A stretch of 64,000 nt of DNA from NCBI GenBank assembly GCA_963729625.1, contig CAVSOU010000010.1:352001-416000 (forward strand). Reading direction: 5' to 3'. Each line of letters opens with the position of its first letter. Positions within the stretch are counted from its first letter, which is position 1. This document shows positions 32,301-42,104 of this stretch, one piece after another. The position numbers and the translations under genes are program-made. The notes beneath the pieces were generated by a model that was given only the letters and a program-made list of their open reading frames with translations, searched no databases and had not been told where the DNA came from. The DNA is from an uncultured bacterium. GTDB taxonomy: Bacteria > Chloroflexota > UBA5177 > JANWHV01.

Positions 32301-32753
32301 CTATTCTTCGATTATCCAGGCGTCGGTCGAGCGCCGATACGATAGGATGTCGTCCGCGTCGAAATACAGACCGAGCTCGAATTCGGCAGATTCTTCGGAG
32401 TCTGAGCCGTGCACCAGATTTCGACCGACTTCAAGGCCATAGTCACCGCGAATTGAACCGGGCTCAGCTTCTGCTGCGTTGGTGGCGCCATTCATCTTTC
32501 GGACGACAGCCACGGCATTGGGACCTTCGAGCGCCGCGATGACGACTGGCGCGCTGGTAATGTAGGACACAAGTCCTTCAAAGAATGGTTTGCCGCGATG
32601 AATGCCGTAGTGCCGCTCGGCTATTTCGTTGTCGAGCTGAATCAGCCTCATGCCGACAATTTTCAGCCCGCGGCGCTCATATCGTTCGAGTATCGGGCCG
32701 ATGAGGCCGCGCTGGAGAGCATCGGGCTTGATGATCACGAGTGTCCTCTGCAT
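32301..32753 (-). CDS. ndk: Nucleoside diphosphate kinase
   Basis: RTLVIIKPDA, PGSIRGDY and RNLVHGSDS (phospho-His); start at 32753 or 32768. Confidence 0.97.
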   Translation of the reverse strand: MQRTLVIIKPDALQRGLIGPILERYERRGLKIVGMRLIQLDNEIAERHYGIHRGKPFFEGLVSYITSAPVVIAALEGPNAVAVVRKMNGATNAAEAEPGSIRGDYGLEVGRNLVHGSDSEESAEFELGLYFDADDILSYRRSTDAWIIEE

Positions 32754-32811
32754 TGGTGATCGGGGCATAGCAGCAGATCGATTCCCTTCTTCTACGCTCT
32801 GCAGTGTACGG

Positions 32812-33156
32812 CTAACCAGCGGACTCTGCCCGCAGCTCCTCCACGGCTTCGCGCAGTTCCAGCCTAACCGCGCCAAGGTTTGCGTCGCGAGTTGTCGTCA
32901 GCATGATCAGCGCGTCTCCAGCCTGGGCAGCATGCAGCGCTCCGTTCTCGGCCTCCAGTGTCAGGTTCATTGGCGCGCCGAGGTCAGGTAGCGCGCGCTG
33001 CAGCACCTGCAATGCGGAACCAAGGCTGGATGCTGCGCTCGAGAGAGCAGGAGAGTCGACTGAGCTCACTATCACGGATCCGTCTTGCTTCACGAGCGAG
33101 GCTTCCTGTACTCCATCCAGACTGCCAAGGGCTGCTATGCGCTTTCTCGCGCTCAT
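32812..33156 (-). CDS. Roadblock/LC7 (MglB-like) domain protein
   Basis: 114 aa; GVQEASLV..DG.VI, LEAENG and ANLG.VRLEL patterns; ggtgagg RBS. Confidence 0.8.
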   Translation of the reverse strand: MSARKRIAALGSLDGVQEASLVKQDGSVIVSSVDSPALSSAASSLGSALQVLQRALPDLGAPMNLTLEAENGALHAAQAGDALIMLTTTRDANLGAVRLELREAVEELRAESAG

Positions 33157-33219
33157 TGCCTCACCACCTTATCGCATCTCAACACCAGCACGGTTTCACA
33201 ACTAGGTCCGCCTTCAATC

Positions 33220-34497
33220 TTACAGGGTCATTGCCTCCAGTAGTCCTCGATCTGCGCCTGAAGGCCCCAGTACGGCGAGCCGAATGAACTGCGACTGAAA
33301 ACACTCCTGCGCGACTCGCAAGATATCTTCGCGCGTGACGCGATCGATATCCGCGCACACGGCCTCGGGCTGGCGGATCTCGCCATGCAGCGCCAGCTGG
33401 ACTCCACACCAGCCCGCAACGCTCTGCGTGTCCTCCAGCCCCAACAGCAGTCGACCCTTGTAGCCATCCTTCATCTTGTCAAGTTCCGGCAGAGGCACGA
33501 TCTCAGTCTTCAACAGTCGCATCTGCCGCAGTATCTCGGAGACGACAACATAGGCCTTTGTTGGTTCGACCGCGGCGTACGTGACCAGCGCGCTTGTGTC
33601 GGCCAGGGTGTTGCCGTAGGAATGGATGTCGTAGGCCAGACCTCGGCGCTCACGTATCTCCAGGAATAGACGTGAGCTCATCGAACCTCCCAGAATGGAA
33701 ATCAGTATCTCGTACGCGTAGCGATCTGCGTGCACACGCGGAACTCCCTTCGTGGCAAGACACAGGTTTACCTGTTCCGTGTCTCGCATCTCGAAGTGGA
33801 GCGACGGCGATTGAGGTAGGTAAATAGCGGAGGTGAGGGTGCGCGAGCTTCCTTGCCCAGGTGGGCTCCAGCCGGAAAATGCACTGGCAGCCAGGGCTAT
33901 CGCACTGGCGTGGTCTATGCCACCCGCAACAACAAGCACGACAGACGATGGATCGTAGTGCTTCCGAGCGAACGCCACCACGTTATCGCGACCGAGCGCA
34001 GCCACGCTCTCACGGGTGCCTGCCACATCGCGCCCAATGGGAGTGCCGGGCCAGCACTGTTCATCGGACACGACATGAACCCACTCTTGCGGCGAGTCGA
34101 TGGACATACCGAGTTCCTCGATCACCACGCGCTGCTCTTTGCGGAACTCCTCGTCATCGAACAGCGAATTCCGCACCATGTCAGCCAGGAGGTCCACGGC
34201 CAAGCCGGCATGGAACTTGCTCACTTTGGCCCAAACCAGGGTGAGCTCCTTGTCGGTGCTGGCGTTCAAAATGCCTCCGACGCGCTCGATCGTCTCCGAG
34301 ATGATCTCAGCAGTAGGACGTCGCTCGGTCCCCTTGAAGAGCATGTGTTCGATCAGGTGCGCGCTCCCTGCCTCTTCGCTCGCCTCGTAGCGCGACCCAA
34401 CGGTAACGTTGACGGCGACCGTAACCGAGTACATCCCAGGCATGGGAGCGGTAATTACTCGCAAACCGTTGTCGAGCGTGGTCACTTGATAGTCCAT
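33220..34497 (-). CDS. M16 (pitrilysin/insulinase-like) zinc peptidase
   Basis: LDNGLRV, HLIEHMLFKGT (HxxEH) and SSRLF.EIRE..GLAY. Confidence 0.95.
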   Translation of the reverse strand: MDYQVTTLDNGLRVITAPMPGMYSVTVAVNVTVGSRYEASEEAGSAHLIEHMLFKGTERRPTAEIISETIERVGGILNASTDKELTLVWAKVSKFHAGLAVDLLADMVRNSLFDDEEFRKEQRVVIEELGMSIDSPQEWVHVVSDEQCWPGTPIGRDVAGTRESVAALGRDNVVAFARKHYDPSSVVLVVAGGIDHASAIALAASAFSGWSPPGQGSSRTLTSAIYLPQSPSLHFEMRDTEQVNLCLATKGVPRVHADRYAYEILISILGGSMSSRLFLEIRERRGLAYDIHSYGNTLADTSALVTYAAVEPTKAYVVVSEILRQMRLLKTEIVPLPELDKMKDGYKGRLLLGLEDTQSVAGWCGVQLALHGEIRQPEAVCADIDRVTREDILRVAQECFQSQFIRLAVLGPSGADRGLLEAMTL

Positions 34498-34605
34498 AAT
34501 CCTCGTGTATTGAGCTTAGCAGCAAAGTCTGTGGTCTGGGCCGTCTGGCAACCACGCGCGAGGCAGAGCAAACGGGCGGGAGTGGACACCGCGTGAGCGC
34601 TGTGC

Positions 34606-34635
34606 TTGACGCGTAGGCACTGCCAACCCTACGAT
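34606..34635 (+). promoter_or_regulatory. Putative sigma70 promoter of the LCP operon
   Basis: TTGACG-N18-TACGAT. Confidence 0.5.
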
Positions 34636-34694
34636 CATCGAAGCCCCTTCACCGATCGCCTGGCGTCAACGACCTGCTGAGGAGCATCGAGCCG

Positions 34695-35747
34695 TTGCGG
34701 CACATCGCTTACTGGATCTTTCTGCTTTCCATCGCCGCGGCAATCGGTGGCTCTGCGGCTTACGCCGGAGGGCCATGGGTCAGTGCGGTTTCAACGCTCT
34801 CCAGCGTGACGAAGAATGACGTGCCGGTATCGGTGCGAGCAACATTCACCCCGGCTCCCACCGCCGTTATCACCGGCACGACGACGATTCCGACTCCAAC
34901 GATCCCCCCAATTCAGAGCGCTTCGGGCCGCGTCAACTATCTCATTCTGGGAAGCGACAACGACGCGAAGAATCAGGTCGACACTGTCCCGAATACGCAG
35001 GTGATCATCTTCGTATCGTTTGACACCAAGCATAACCAGGTCTACATGGTCTCGATCCCGCGAGACCTTTACGTGCCGATCACTGGATTCATTCCAGACA
35101 AGATCTCTACGGCGGCCAGCTGGGGGCAGAGCTTCGGCACGGTCCGTCAGACTGTGGAAGACCAGTTCCACGTCAGGATAGACCACTACGCTTGGGTCGG
35201 CCTGCAAGGCTTCGTGAACATCATCAATACGCTGGGTGGGATCGACATCGATGTGGCGCACCCGATGGTGGAAAGCAATTTTCCCGACGACCTGGACCCA
35301 ACCGGCAGCCCGTACGCGATCCGTCGTTTCTACATTCCTGCGGGCCCCCAGCACTTGGACGGCATCACGGCACTGGAATACGTCCGGGCGCGCCACTCCG
35401 ACCTCATCGGAGATTTTGGACGGTCAGAGAGGCAGCAGCAGGTGCTGCTGCAGCTGAAGCGCAAACTGATGAATGCCGACATCAGCGAGTTCCCGACTCT
35501 GATTGACGACATGAAACACGAGGTAAAGACGGATCTGAGCGCCACGGACATCTTGAGCCTGGCGATGGCCGCGCTGCATATGAGCTCGGGCTCTATCCAT
35601 CATTTCTATCTGGATGTCAACGGGGGATATGTAACCGATCAGTCGACGACGTCCGGCGATTCCCTTATTCCTCGCTGGCCGAAAATCAATTCGCTGTTCG
35701 AGTGCATCATGTCCGACAAGGCCAGTCTTGGCTGCAGCAACCCATGA
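34695..35747 (+). CDS. LCP (LytR-CpsA-Psr) family glycopolymer transferase
   Basis: N-terminal TM, Pro/Thr linker, NYLILGSD, SIPRDLYV and ALEYVRARH..GDFGRSERQQ. Confidence 0.93.
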   Translation: MRHIAYWIFLLSIAAAIGGSAAYAGGPWVSAVSTLSSVTKNDVPVSVRATFTPAPTAVITGTTTIPTPTIPPIQSASGRVNYLILGSDNDAKNQVDTVPNTQVIIFVSFDTKHNQVYMVSIPRDLYVPITGFIPDKISTAASWGQSFGTVRQTVEDQFHVRIDHYAWVGLQGFVNIINTLGGIDIDVAHPMVESNFPDDLDPTGSPYAIRRFYIPAGPQHLDGITALEYVRARHSDLIGDFGRSERQQQVLLQLKRKLMNADISEFPTLIDDMKHEVKTDLSATDILSLAMAALHMSSGSIHHFYLDVNGGYVTDQSTTSGDSLIPRWPKINSLFECIMSDKASLGCSNP

Positions 35748-36922
35748 TTCCGAAGTCGCCCGAGGGAAGAAGCGTCTGGCGCGGTATCCGAACCAGCACG
35801 AAGCTTGTGCTCTCGCTCTTAACGTGCGCCGTAGTCTCGATCGTTACGATCGCGAGCAGCGATGCCACTGTGACTCCGGTAGCGCAGGGCAACGGAACGG
35901 CCACGCCTGCTCCCACACCCGTGATCAGGGGACCCCTCAGTACGCCGAATCCCACGGCGATAGTACCGCAAGACGTCTTCGTCCCAGACCGACTGATGTA
36001 TGTGAAGGGCCGCGTGATCTACATGCTGCATCAGTACGATGAGCCAATCCCTGTCGCCTACGGAGGCCAACCCAGCGTCTCCCCTGACGGAAGGCGCCTG
36101 GCGTATATCCTTTTCTACAAGAACTATGAGAACTTGATGACTGTCGATATCCAGAGCGGCAAGACAAAGCTTCTGCTTGACGATACGCTGACCAATCCGC
36201 AAGACGCGAGTACGGGGCGCACGGCAGCCACCCCAGCCTGGTCTGACGACGGCAAGTCGGTGTATTTCGCGTGGAGCTTTCCCGGATCCCCATTTGCTCC
36301 CGATTCGACGGTGCAGTGGAAGACCGACTTCAGCATCACTCAATGTCCTGCCGCCGGACCCTGCGGGGACGCCACGGCCAAGACGTTGACGAAGCCGTAC
36401 TTCGAGAGCAGCGGAGACTCGGAGCCTGCGCCTCGCCTCGCCGACCCCAAATTCCTCGTGTACACGCAGTGGCAATATCAGATTGCGCGAGACAACACGA
36501 GCAGATCGTTGGCCAGCCTCCAGGCGCTGAACCTGACCACCAGCACCCAGATAACATTGACCGCTACGCTGGATAGCGACTCGGAGCCGGTGTGGAGCCC
36601 GAACGGTCGTTATATTGCGTTTGTCAAATCGTCCGACGACTACCAGTCAAGCTCGATCTGGATCATGCCGTTCCATCCGCCTGGCCGCATCTCCGACTAC
36701 GGCAAGGCGCGCCTGTTGGTGAGCGGTGCGCCCTTTGCCGAGCACCCCGTGTTCTCTCCGGATGGCAAGTACATGGCCTTTGAGGCCTCCGCGTCGGACG
36801 GCCGACTTCATCTCTTCGTGGCCAGGGTCACGTTCGGCCCAAACGCGCATGTCGACAGCCCTCAGATGGTTCAGCGTGCTCAAATAGTAGATGGCGATAG
36901 TCTGGTATGGACGACCTCGTAG
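35744..36922 (+). CDS. Secreted or membrane-anchored TolB-like (PD40) beta-propeller protein
   Basis: Repeated P.(V/W/F)SP(D/N)G...(L/I/M)A(Y/F) motifs; N-terminal hydrophobic segment and P/T linker; ATGA coupling to LCP. Confidence 0.85.
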   Translation: MIPKSPEGRSVWRGIRTSTKLVLSLLTCAVVSIVTIASSDATVTPVAQGNGTATPAPTPVIRGPLSTPNPTAIVPQDVFVPDRLMYVKGRVIYMLHQYDEPIPVAYGGQPSVSPDGRRLAYILFYKNYENLMTVDIQSGKTKLLLDDTLTNPQDASTGRTAATPAWSDDGKSVYFAWSFPGSPFAPDSTVQWKTDFSITQCPAAGPCGDATAKTLTKPYFESSGDSEPAPRLADPKFLVYTQWQYQIARDNTSRSLASLQALNLTTSTQITLTATLDSDSEPVWSPNGRYIAFVKSSDDYQSSSIWIMPFHPPGRISDYGKARLLVSGAPFAEHPVFSPDGKYMAFEASASDGRLHLFVARVTFGPNAHVDSPQMVQRAQIVDGDSLVWTTS

Positions 36923-37003
36923 CGGATGCACACAGCCAGGAACGCCTGACAACGACAAATGCGGATAGCATTGGCCGTCCAGACTAGCGTGTAAGGGCAA
37001 AAC

Positions 37004-37852
37004 ATGAACGTTGGCATCGCCGGTGGCGGCGCCGGTGTCTCCGCGCTGGCCACCATGCTCGTGTTGGCCGGGGCAACCACGACCGTGCATGAACCTGATT
37101 CGGAGCGAGCGGGCAGGCTGGTCACGCGTATTGCGCGGAGCCTGGAACGTGCGGGAAGAAATGCCATGGATGCCACGGGCACGGATGGCCGTGGATCCGT
37201 GGGCGTAGCTGTCGTAAGCGTGCTCGAGCCTATGACATCGTGCGATATCGTACTTGAAATGGCCGGCGACTCACTGAAAGCGAAGCTGAAGCTGATTCAG
37301 GAGCTCGACGAGGCTTGTGCCGCTCCCGTGGTGCTCGGCTCTGTCACGGGCGCGCACAGTGTTAGCCGGCTGGCGTCCGCCGCGCGCAGACCGGAACGAG
37401 TGGTCGGCCTGCACTTCGCCGCGCCAGTCCAGTCGATCCGCCTCGTTGAAGTTATTCCCGGGCTCCGTACAGATGCGGTCACGATTCGTCGCGTCTCCGA
37501 ACTGCTTCGCGAGCTCGATCGCGTGCCGATTCTCGTACGGAACCGGCCTGGGTTCGTGCTTGGACGCATCTCCCAGGTGTACTTCGGCGAAGCAGTCAGA
37601 TTGCTCGAAGAAAGCGGATTAGCCGTGGAGACACTTGACGCTATGGCGCGGGGCATGGGCTTCAAGACCGGGCCCTGTGAGAGCCTGGACGCCGCCGGCC
37701 TCGACAGCGCCCTCGCGGCAAACAGGGCCTTGTACGACGCAAGTAGTGGCGATACTCGCTATCGACCGCACGCCCACTTGGTGGAATTGGTAGAGGCGGG
37801 CTTTCTCGGGCAGAAGACGGGTAGGGGATTCTATGCCTACGAACCGGAATAG
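37004..37852 (+). CDS. 3-hydroxyacyl-CoA dehydrogenase family (PaaH N-half-like)
   Basis: RPERVVGLHF..P, LVEVIPG, PGFV..R, GF..GP...D..GLD and LG.KTGRGFY.Y. Confidence 0.9.
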   Translation: MNVGIAGGGAGVSALATMLVLAGATTTVHEPDSERAGRLVTRIARSLERAGRNAMDATGTDGRGSVGVAVVSVLEPMTSCDIVLEMAGDSLKAKLKLIQELDEACAAPVVLGSVTGAHSVSRLASAARRPERVVGLHFAAPVQSIRLVEVIPGLRTDAVTIRRVSELLRELDRVPILVRNRPGFVLGRISQVYFGEAVRLLEESGLAVETLDAMARGMGFKTGPCESLDAAGLDSALAANRALYDASSGDTRYRPHAHLVELVEAGFLGQKTGRGFYAYEPE

Positions 37853-38720
37853 ACCGCGCCAGACGCCTTTCAGAACGCTTCAGAGCGGGACGTCCGCGTT
37901 CGTCCTCGGCGCCGAAGACGAGATCGCCGTCCTGGAGCCCGTCGTGCGTCAGGCGGGGCTAACGCCGATTGTCTGTGCCATCGACCCTCCAACGCTGGAT
38001 GTTGAAGCAGTCGTGATGGACGAGTCAATCGCGGCTCGCATTGCTCCGTCGGCCATGGCAATCATTTGCGCCGATGTCTCGGGTGACGATCGGCTTCCTA
38101 TCCTCTCGTTTGTGGACGAGTCGCTCCCGCCGGGCAACCTGCTGCTTGCATCCTGCACACAGGCCGGCGCTAACGAACAGGCGGCGATCTGCGAGCACGG
38201 CCATCGGCTGGTTGGGTTCGGACTGCTCGGACTGCTGAGCGGACGACCGATTGTTGAAATCGCAGGCTCGTTTGTCACCGGCGACGAGTTTCTCGATAAA
38301 GCGGCAGCCTTCTTTGGCGCCGCTGCCGTCCGTGTTCACACCGTGCCAGACACACCGGGACTCCTGCTTGCGCGCCTCTTGATGCCTGTGGTGAACGAAG
38401 CGGCATCCGTGCTGGCCGATCGCGTGGCGTCGGCAGAGGACATCGACACGGCGGTGCGCCTCGGCTTGGGTTTTCCGTTTGGCGTACTGCATTGGGCCGA
38501 CGAAATCGGCATCGACCGGGTGCTTCTCGCCATGGAGTACCTGGTGCAGGCGACGCACGAGGAGCGATACCGCCCTGCGCCGTTGCTGCGAAGGATGGCC
38601 CAGGCCGGCAGAGCAGGCAAGCGGGCAGGTCGTGGCTTCTTCAGCTATGGCGTGGCAGCGGCAGCGGTCTCAACCAGTCGTACCAGATCAGACAACTCGG
38701 GCACGCCTACCACTCCGTAG
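37833..38720 (+). CDS. 3-hydroxyacyl-CoA dehydrogenase C-terminal-type protein (degenerate N-domain)
   Basis: DTPG...R, NEA, EDIDTAVRLGLGFPFG, ERYRP and G.RAGRGFF.Y. Confidence 0.85.
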   Translation: MPTNRNRPRQTPFRTLQSGTSAFVLGAEDEIAVLEPVVRQAGLTPIVCAIDPPTLDVEAVVMDESIAARIAPSAMAIICADVSGDDRLPILSFVDESLPPGNLLLASCTQAGANEQAAICEHGHRLVGFGLLGLLSGRPIVEIAGSFVTGDEFLDKAAAFFGAAAVRVHTVPDTPGLLLARLLMPVVNEAASVLADRVASAEDIDTAVRLGLGFPFGVLHWADEIGIDRVLLAMEYLVQATHEERYRPAPLLRRMAQAGRAGKRAGRGFFSYGVAAAAVSTSRTRSDNSGTPTTP

Positions 38721-39262
38721 CCCCCAGAGAGCCACGTAGGGACCGCGACTACTCCCATCGCGTGCGCTGCTGCCCGGCTTGCCGCGACGTGAGTGCGGTA
38801 GTCACCTGCGCGCAAATGGTCTTCCATGTCACAAGATATGCCGCGTTGTCGCGCTGTTTTGAGCACGACGTCGCTATCCGAAATGTCGCGGCGGTCTCGA
38901 TAGTAGGCCTCGAACAGCGACCGATGCAGCAGTGCGGTCGCGCCTTCGTCTGCAAGACTTCGCTCCTCGAGGTCTCGAGCGATCTCGACCGCGCAGAGAG
39001 CTACACTGCTGTTCAACAGTCGCTCAGGCAGGTGAATCTCCAGCCCGTACTCCTGGGCGAGTCTGGAGACGTGTGCAGCCTCCGCACGCCGAACAAACGC
39101 AGGATTCTGCGGCATCGCCCCGCGGGGGGGAAGATAGTCGATCACTTCGAATGGGCGCCACGTTATCCTGACGTCGGCGAGCGACCGCAATCTGGCAGCG
39201 ACTTCTACTGCCACATAGCAGAACGGGCTGGCGAAATCATAGTAAACGGCAAGATCAGGCAT
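38645..39262 (-). CDS. DsbA/FrnE (HCCA-isomerase/GST-kappa-like) thioredoxin-fold protein
   Basis: YYDFASPFCY, WRPF and GV.AVPT (cis-Pro); overlaps the convergent gene by 76 nt. Confidence 0.85.
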   Translation of the reverse strand: MPDLAVYYDFASPFCYVAVEVAARLRSLADVRITWRPFEVIDYLPPRGAMPQNPAFVRRAEAAHVSRLAQEYGLEIHLPERLLNSSVALCAVEIARDLEERSLADEGATALLHRSLFEAYYRDRRDISDSDVVLKTARQRGISCDMEDHLRAGDYRTHVAASRAAAHAMGVVAVPTWLSGGYGVVGVPELSDLVRLVETAAAATP

Positions 39263-39289
39263 CGGTCCCAGGCGCCACGTAACACAACG

Positions 39290-40198
39290 CTAGCGCGCAG
39301 GGATCGGCGTCACCGCCGCTGGCGCCAGCGCTGCGTGCTCATGGGCGTGATACGAGCTGCGCACCAATGGACCCGATTCCACATGGAGAAAGCCAAGCTT
39401 CATGCCAAAGTCGCGCCAGTACGCGAATTCGGCAGGCGAATAGAAACGTTCGACCGCAAGATGCTTCGCGCTCGGTCTGAGATACTGGCCGATGGTCACA
39501 ATGTCCACACACGAGGCCCGCAAGTCAGATAGCGTTTCGGCGATCTCCTCATCGGTTTCCGAGAGCCCCAGCATAATGCCGGACTTTGTCAGTCGCTGCG
39601 GCGCAAGCTCCTTCGCGCGCCGCAGAACGTCGAGCGACCGACGGTATTGCGCCTTGCGACGGACCCGTCTGGTCAGTCTCTCGACCGTCTCGACGTTGTG
39701 GTCCAGAAGCTCGGGCTCCGCGCGCAGGACGTTGATCAAGGATGATTCCACGCCCTCGAAGTCAGGTATCAGCACCTCAATGGTGCAGCCCGGGTTCTTC
39801 TCGCGCACCTTGCGAATCGTCGCGGCAAACACCGAGGATCCGCCATCAGGTACGTCGTCACGGTTAACCGACGTGATCACCACGTGGCGCAGGCCCATGC
39901 GCCGCACGGCATCGGCAACCCTCAGCGGTTCCAGCAGGTCCAAGCCCGTGGGTTTGCCGCTGTTCACCGCGCAGAATCCGCACGCTCGCGTGCACACGTC
40001 GCCGAGGATCATGAACGTTGCCGTGCGATGCTCCCAACACTCGCCCATATTGGGGCAGTGCGCCTCTTCGCAGACTGTATGCAGTGCGTTGTCCCGCATA
40101 ATCGTCTTGAGCTCAACATAGTTTGGCCCCCCAGGTACTCGCACTTTGAGCCAGTCGGGGCGACGGGGGACAGCCTCAATCATGGGATTTCCATTCAC
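39290..40198 (-). CDS. lipA: Lipoyl synthase
   Basis: [26 protein letters not shown] and RSSY. Confidence 0.98.
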   Translation of the reverse strand: MNGNPMIEAVPRRPDWLKVRVPGGPNYVELKTIMRDNALHTVCEEAHCPNMGECWEHRTATFMILGDVCTRACGFCAVNSGKPTGLDLLEPLRVADAVRRMGLRHVVITSVNRDDVPDGGSSVFAATIRKVREKNPGCTIEVLIPDFEGVESSLINVLRAEPELLDHNVETVERLTRRVRRKAQYRRSLDVLRRAKELAPQRLTKSGIMLGLSETDEEIAETLSDLRASCVDIVTIGQYLRPSAKHLAVERFYSPAEFAYWRDFGMKLGFLHVESGPLVRSSYHAHEHAALAPAAVTPIPAR

Positions 40199-40503
40199 TT
40201 CTCAGATTCGCGCCTGAACGTCGAACGTCGCGCACGATAAGCGTTCGGCGCGAGAGAACCGGTCTGGCCAGACACACCACGAGCGCGAGATGACGCGGCG
40301 AAAGCACCAGAGTCCATTACGTACGAGCAACGCGCCGGGCCTTCCATGCACAGGATAGCAGCCGGCGCGGAATGCGCAAACGCGAGGAGCGCCTCCCGCC
40401 CGCTGCCATCTCGCTCAGGACCCTTGCGCTGCATCGAGTCGGTAACTCCGCCGGCCGGCACTCAGGGCGGCGAGCCTCATCCTCGCCGGCGGACTGTAGC
40501 CGG

Positions 40504-41472
40504 CTATTGGAGCGGTACACGTGCAAACGCTTCTCGCGGAGCGCCGAGCCGCTCGCGCAAGATGCTGCTGCCGATCGACAGGAGGTTAGCCGGCCGTTCG
40601 GCCAGCCGCCGCGTCATGTACGGGTACCACTGGGTGCCAAACGGAACGTAGACACGAACACGGTAGCCACGGCGCACGAGTTGCTCCTGGAGATCGCGGC
40701 GGACACCGTACAGCATCTGGAACTCAAATCGATCGGCTGAAATGTGATTGCGCAGCGTAAACTCGCAGGCACGATCGAGGATGGCTGGATCGTGCGTGGC
40801 GATGGCCGGAGCCGTGCCGCGACGCAGCAGATTCTCCATGATGCGAACGTAGTTTCTATCGGTGTCACGCTTGCGTCTGAACGCGATGTGGTGCGGCTCG
40901 TCATACGCGCCTTTACACAGCCTGATGCGCGCACCGATGCCAGAGAGTCGCTCCGCGTCCTCGGCGCTCCGGTACAGACAGGCCTGAATCACGATACCGA
41001 CAGTGTCGTGGTCGCGGCGCAACTGCTCAAAGACTTCTATCGTGCGGGCGGTGTATGATGAGCCTTCCATATCGATGCGCACGAAGCACTTACGGGTTTT
41101 CGCCTGTGCCAGCACCGACCGAACGCATCTCATCACCACGAACTCGCCGACGTCGAGGCCGAGCTGCGTCAGCTTGATCGAGAGATATGCATCGAGGCTG
41201 TCGCGCCAGATCCGATCGATTGTCACAGTCGCCATACTCACTGCAACCGACGCGCCTTCGTCGGTTGTCGTGTTCTCGCCGAGGTGATCAAGAGCGACGG
41301 CAAGACCCTGTCGATTGAGGCCACGCGCGACCTCGGCAGCCCGGTCGAGAGTCTCGCCCGCCACGAAGCGGCGAACAAGAGGCGCCGCCAGTCGCGAATC
41401 CGCTGCCAGCGACGCAATCGGCGAGCATTTCGCTGCACCCAGCACCAGCGTCCTGAAGACTCCACCTGCCAT
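40504..41472 (-). CDS. Monofunctional proline dehydrogenase
   Basis: FVAGET, SIKLTQLG, RIDME, RLCKGAY, ATHD, FQMLYG and RRLAERPAN. Confidence 0.95.
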   Translation of the reverse strand: MAGGVFRTLVLGAAKCSPIASLAADSRLAAPLVRRFVAGETLDRAAEVARGLNRQGLAVALDHLGENTTTDEGASVAVSMATVTIDRIWRDSLDAYLSIKLTQLGLDVGEFVVMRCVRSVLAQAKTRKCFVRIDMEGSSYTARTIEVFEQLRRDHDTVGIVIQACLYRSAEDAERLSGIGARIRLCKGAYDEPHHIAFRRKRDTDRNYVRIMENLLRRGTAPAIATHDPAILDRACEFTLRNHISADRFEFQMLYGVRRDLQEQLVRRGYRVRVYVPFGTQWYPYMTRRLAERPANLLSIGSSILRERLGAPREAFARVPLQ

Positions 41473-41680
41473 CGCTTGCTCGTCCTCCGACCATACACCA
41501 TCAGGGTACACAAGTGCAGTGTATCGACGGTGCGACACTCGTCCACCAGCGTTATCGGGCACATCAGCTTTTTGGGAGGACGAGCGCGGGATTGCAGCCT
41601 GACCGCCGGACTGCTAGTCTGAGGCGTGGAGCGGATCTGTTTGACCGAAGGTCGGCATTGTGCTTCGAGGAGGGTGGGAC

Positions 41681-42085
41681 GTGAATCCCGGCAAGCCGTA
41701 CTTAGAAGGCGCGGAGGACGATGACCTTGCGCCAGACCTTGAACTGAGCGCGAGCGACTTCGATGACCTCGATATTCCGATCGACCCACCGATCATTCCA
41801 GGAGGAAGGGACAATGCACGGATCCCTGCCGCTGAGGACGCCGACGATGACGATCGAGCGCGAGGTCGCGCTGTTACGGACGACGAGATCACGGCGCGCG
41901 TGCACCGGCTCCTGCGGAGCGACTCGGCTACGAACATGCTGCCTATTCATGTAAGCACCGAAGATGGCGTCGTAACGCTCAGGGGCTTGGTAGACACTCT
42001 CGACGATACGGACAACGCCGCGGAAGTTGCATTCCGCGTCAAGGGCGTCGTCGACGTCGTCGACGAGCTCGAGGTTGAGCTCTAG
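41681..42085 (+). CDS. BON domain protein with acidic N-terminus and no signal peptide
   Basis: D.EI...V...L..D, DGVVTLRG.V and VKGVVDVVDEL; gaggaggg RBS. Confidence 0.85.
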   Translation: MNPGKPYLEGAEDDDLAPDLELSASDFDDLDIPIDPPIIPGGRDNARIPAAEDADDDDRARGRAVTDDEITARVHRLLRSDSATNMLPIHVSTEDGVVTLRGLVDTLDDTDNAAEVAFRVKGVVDVVDELEVEL

Positions 42086-42104
42086 ACAGTGCGCACTCCT
42101 GCAG

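Noticed and set aside
38645-39262. SPFC instead of CxxC as a novel DsbA variant
   Set aside because: SPx(C/S) is normal for the HCCA-isomerase/GST-kappa branch
40199-40503. Riboswitch upstream of lipA
   Set aside because: No SAM, glycine or other consensus recognised; the 88-aa ORF there is also unconvincing
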